Source of the DNA: Anthoceros angustus
Lineage: Eukaryota > Plantae > Anthocerotophyta
Length of the DNA: 64,000 bases
NCBI GenBank assembly: GCA_010909165.1
Contig: MU008158.1
Coordinates: forward strand, 3,497,478 to 3,561,477
Direction of reading: 5' to 3'
Positions within the stretch are counted from its first letter, which is position 1. Each line of letters opens with the position of its first letter. The position numbers were made by a program, and so were the translations under genes. Below the pieces are notes generated by a model. That model was not told the origin of the DNA, searched no databases, and saw nothing but the letters and a program-made list of their open reading frames with translations. Shown one piece after another: positions 62,337 through 64,000 of the stretch.

Positions 62337-63747
62337 GTGCTACCCAAAGTGCTCTATTTGCAGCTTGACAACACTTGCCGGGAAAACAAGAACCAGCTGC
62401 TGTTTGCGTATTTGAACATGCTGGTTGATATGGGGACATTTCAAAAGGTGAAGGTGGGGTTCCTCCTCGTTGGACACACTCACGATCAAATTGACCGGAT
62501 GTTCTCGTGCTTTTCCAAAAGCTTGAAGCACAAGGAGGCCCACACTCTTCCCGCATTGTCGGACATTTTGGTTGATGCATATACGCCCACACCAGAGATC
62601 GAAGTTTTGAAGGAGGTCCCGGACTTCCAGTCATATGTATGGCCGATTAGACAAGGCGATGGTCGCCAGGCATATTCTTCGGCGGTAAGAAAATTGAACA
62701 ACTTATCATTCCAGCACCAGTTTAGGATCACCAGAGAAGAGAAAGCAGATCGTGGGCTTGTGACAGTAATTAGGAGTAAGCAATATTCGACATCGATGTA
62801 CTGGAAAACCGAAGCCGGTTTGAAGTTTTTGAAAATTGTCCCCTCCAACGATATAACATTTGCACGGCTGACGGCCCTGCGGGCTCGAGACAAGAAAGGG
62901 ACGTCGGCAGGGTTATCTTCGACGGAGGGAGTGGCACATTTGAAAGAGGGTCTTTCGGAGTTGCGGCCAGTAACTGGGGAAGATTATAGATGCTGGGAAG
63001 CATTCTGGGTGGACCAAGAAGAAATCGCAGTTATCGTAGAGAACAATATTGGGCTCGCACTAGAAGAACCGTGGAAATGGTTCTCCCGGACAGAATCGGA
63101 AGAAACTGCACAACCACTCAAAGTTCCCGATGAAGCTATCCTTGAGGAGGCCTTGCTAAGAGAACTCCCCCAAAGGGATATGTACTTGGGGGCTTACCAA
63201 CATTTAGGAAGGCAGCAGCAGGAAATGGCACGTTTGAATGGAGATGTAAATGACATAAAGGAAGGGATGTTCTTTGCAATCCCTTGCACCACCGATACGC
63301 ATAACCGGCCTTTCTGGGTTGGAAAAGTTAATCAGGTGAGGTTGGATGCGGAAGAACCTCATTTCCTGGTTCACTGGTAGAGGACTGAGCACACAGATGC
63401 ATATGAAGGCAGATACGTGGAAGAATATGTGATTCGAGTCCCATCCACTCAGAAAGTTACGATCGGAAGGAAAAAGGGTGGGAAGGCAAATTTCCCGAAG
63501 AATATTCAAGAAGTCTTCATCAATAAAAATGTCATCCTGTATTATGGGTTCAGTTTGAATTCCCGTAAACATCTGTATGCCATTGACAAAAAGGCAATCA
63601 GGGATAAGTTGAATGAAAATTCATTCAACCGCAATTTTGTGGGGCTTCATCGAGCCAGCCAGCCAAAGTGTAGCAGAAGACAGTGATGATGACGGTGACG
63701 ACATCGGGCCCTTGGACGAGGAAGGTGTCAATTCGGGAGATGAGTGA
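62337..63747 (+). pseudogene. Sola-like DDE/D transposase, C-terminal half, lightly decayed; same family as 29650-33263
   Basis: LPKVLYLQLDNTCRENKNQ...KVKVGFLLVGHTHDQIDRMFS; FQHQFRITRE; PFWVGKV...LVHW. One in-frame TAG (63378-63380), one frameshift, then acidic tail ...EEGVNSGDE*. 5'-truncated at ~62300. Confidence 0.88.
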
Positions 63748-64000
63748 AAAGGTTTATGAAGTGGAGGCGATCAACGTTTGAGATCGGTAGACAAGGGGTT
63801 TTGTAGAGTGACTATCCACTTTTGGTGACCGCCATGTGTTAGGGTCAAAGTGGGGTGATCGTGTTAGTGATAGTGAATGATATTTTGGTACTATCCTCCG
63901 GTGAGTGGAAGATGAAAAAGTAGGAGTCACTTCTGTTGGAGTTAGTATGCATTGTCGGCGACATGGACATATGGGAGGGCGCCGGCTGGCCGGCGCCCTT

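Overview
Eukaryotic DNA, most likely from a non-seed land plant. This is inferred from short GT-AG introns, plant-type fimbrin/MATE/MPDU1 genes and Copia/Gypsy elements; the species cannot be determined. Positions ~6.9-19.4 kb are a compact gene island: DDX41/RH35 DEAD-box helicase (-), fimbrin (+), MATE/DTX transporter (-), MPDU1 PQ-loop protein (+) and an ArfGAP (-). From ~19.5 kb to the end is a nested transposon cluster with a 977-N gap at 45443-46419. The main finding is an 11,509-bp DNA transposon at 27594-39102, with 26-bp perfect TIRs and a 4-bp TAAG target-site duplication. It carries a Sola-like DDE/D transposase on the minus strand. On the plus strand, divergently oriented, it carries a large ORF with a ParB-like domain and a prokaryote-type beta-class N6A/N4C DNA methyltransferase. 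The element sits in a Copia fragment, which in turn splits the reverse transcriptase of a CRE-like (RLE) non-LTR element; the rest of that RT appears displaced by a ~17.8-kb inversion. A second, less decayed copy of the transposase lies at 62.3-63.7 kb. A Gypsy-like fragment at 57.5-59.1 kb carries an aspartic protease followed by a DNMT3-like C5 cytosine methyltransferase. Two unrelated mobile elements in this window therefore carry two different classes of DNA methyltransferase. All TE ORFs are broken by stops or 1-2 nt indels, some of which may be assembly errors. All domain calls come from reading motifs by eye, not from database searches.
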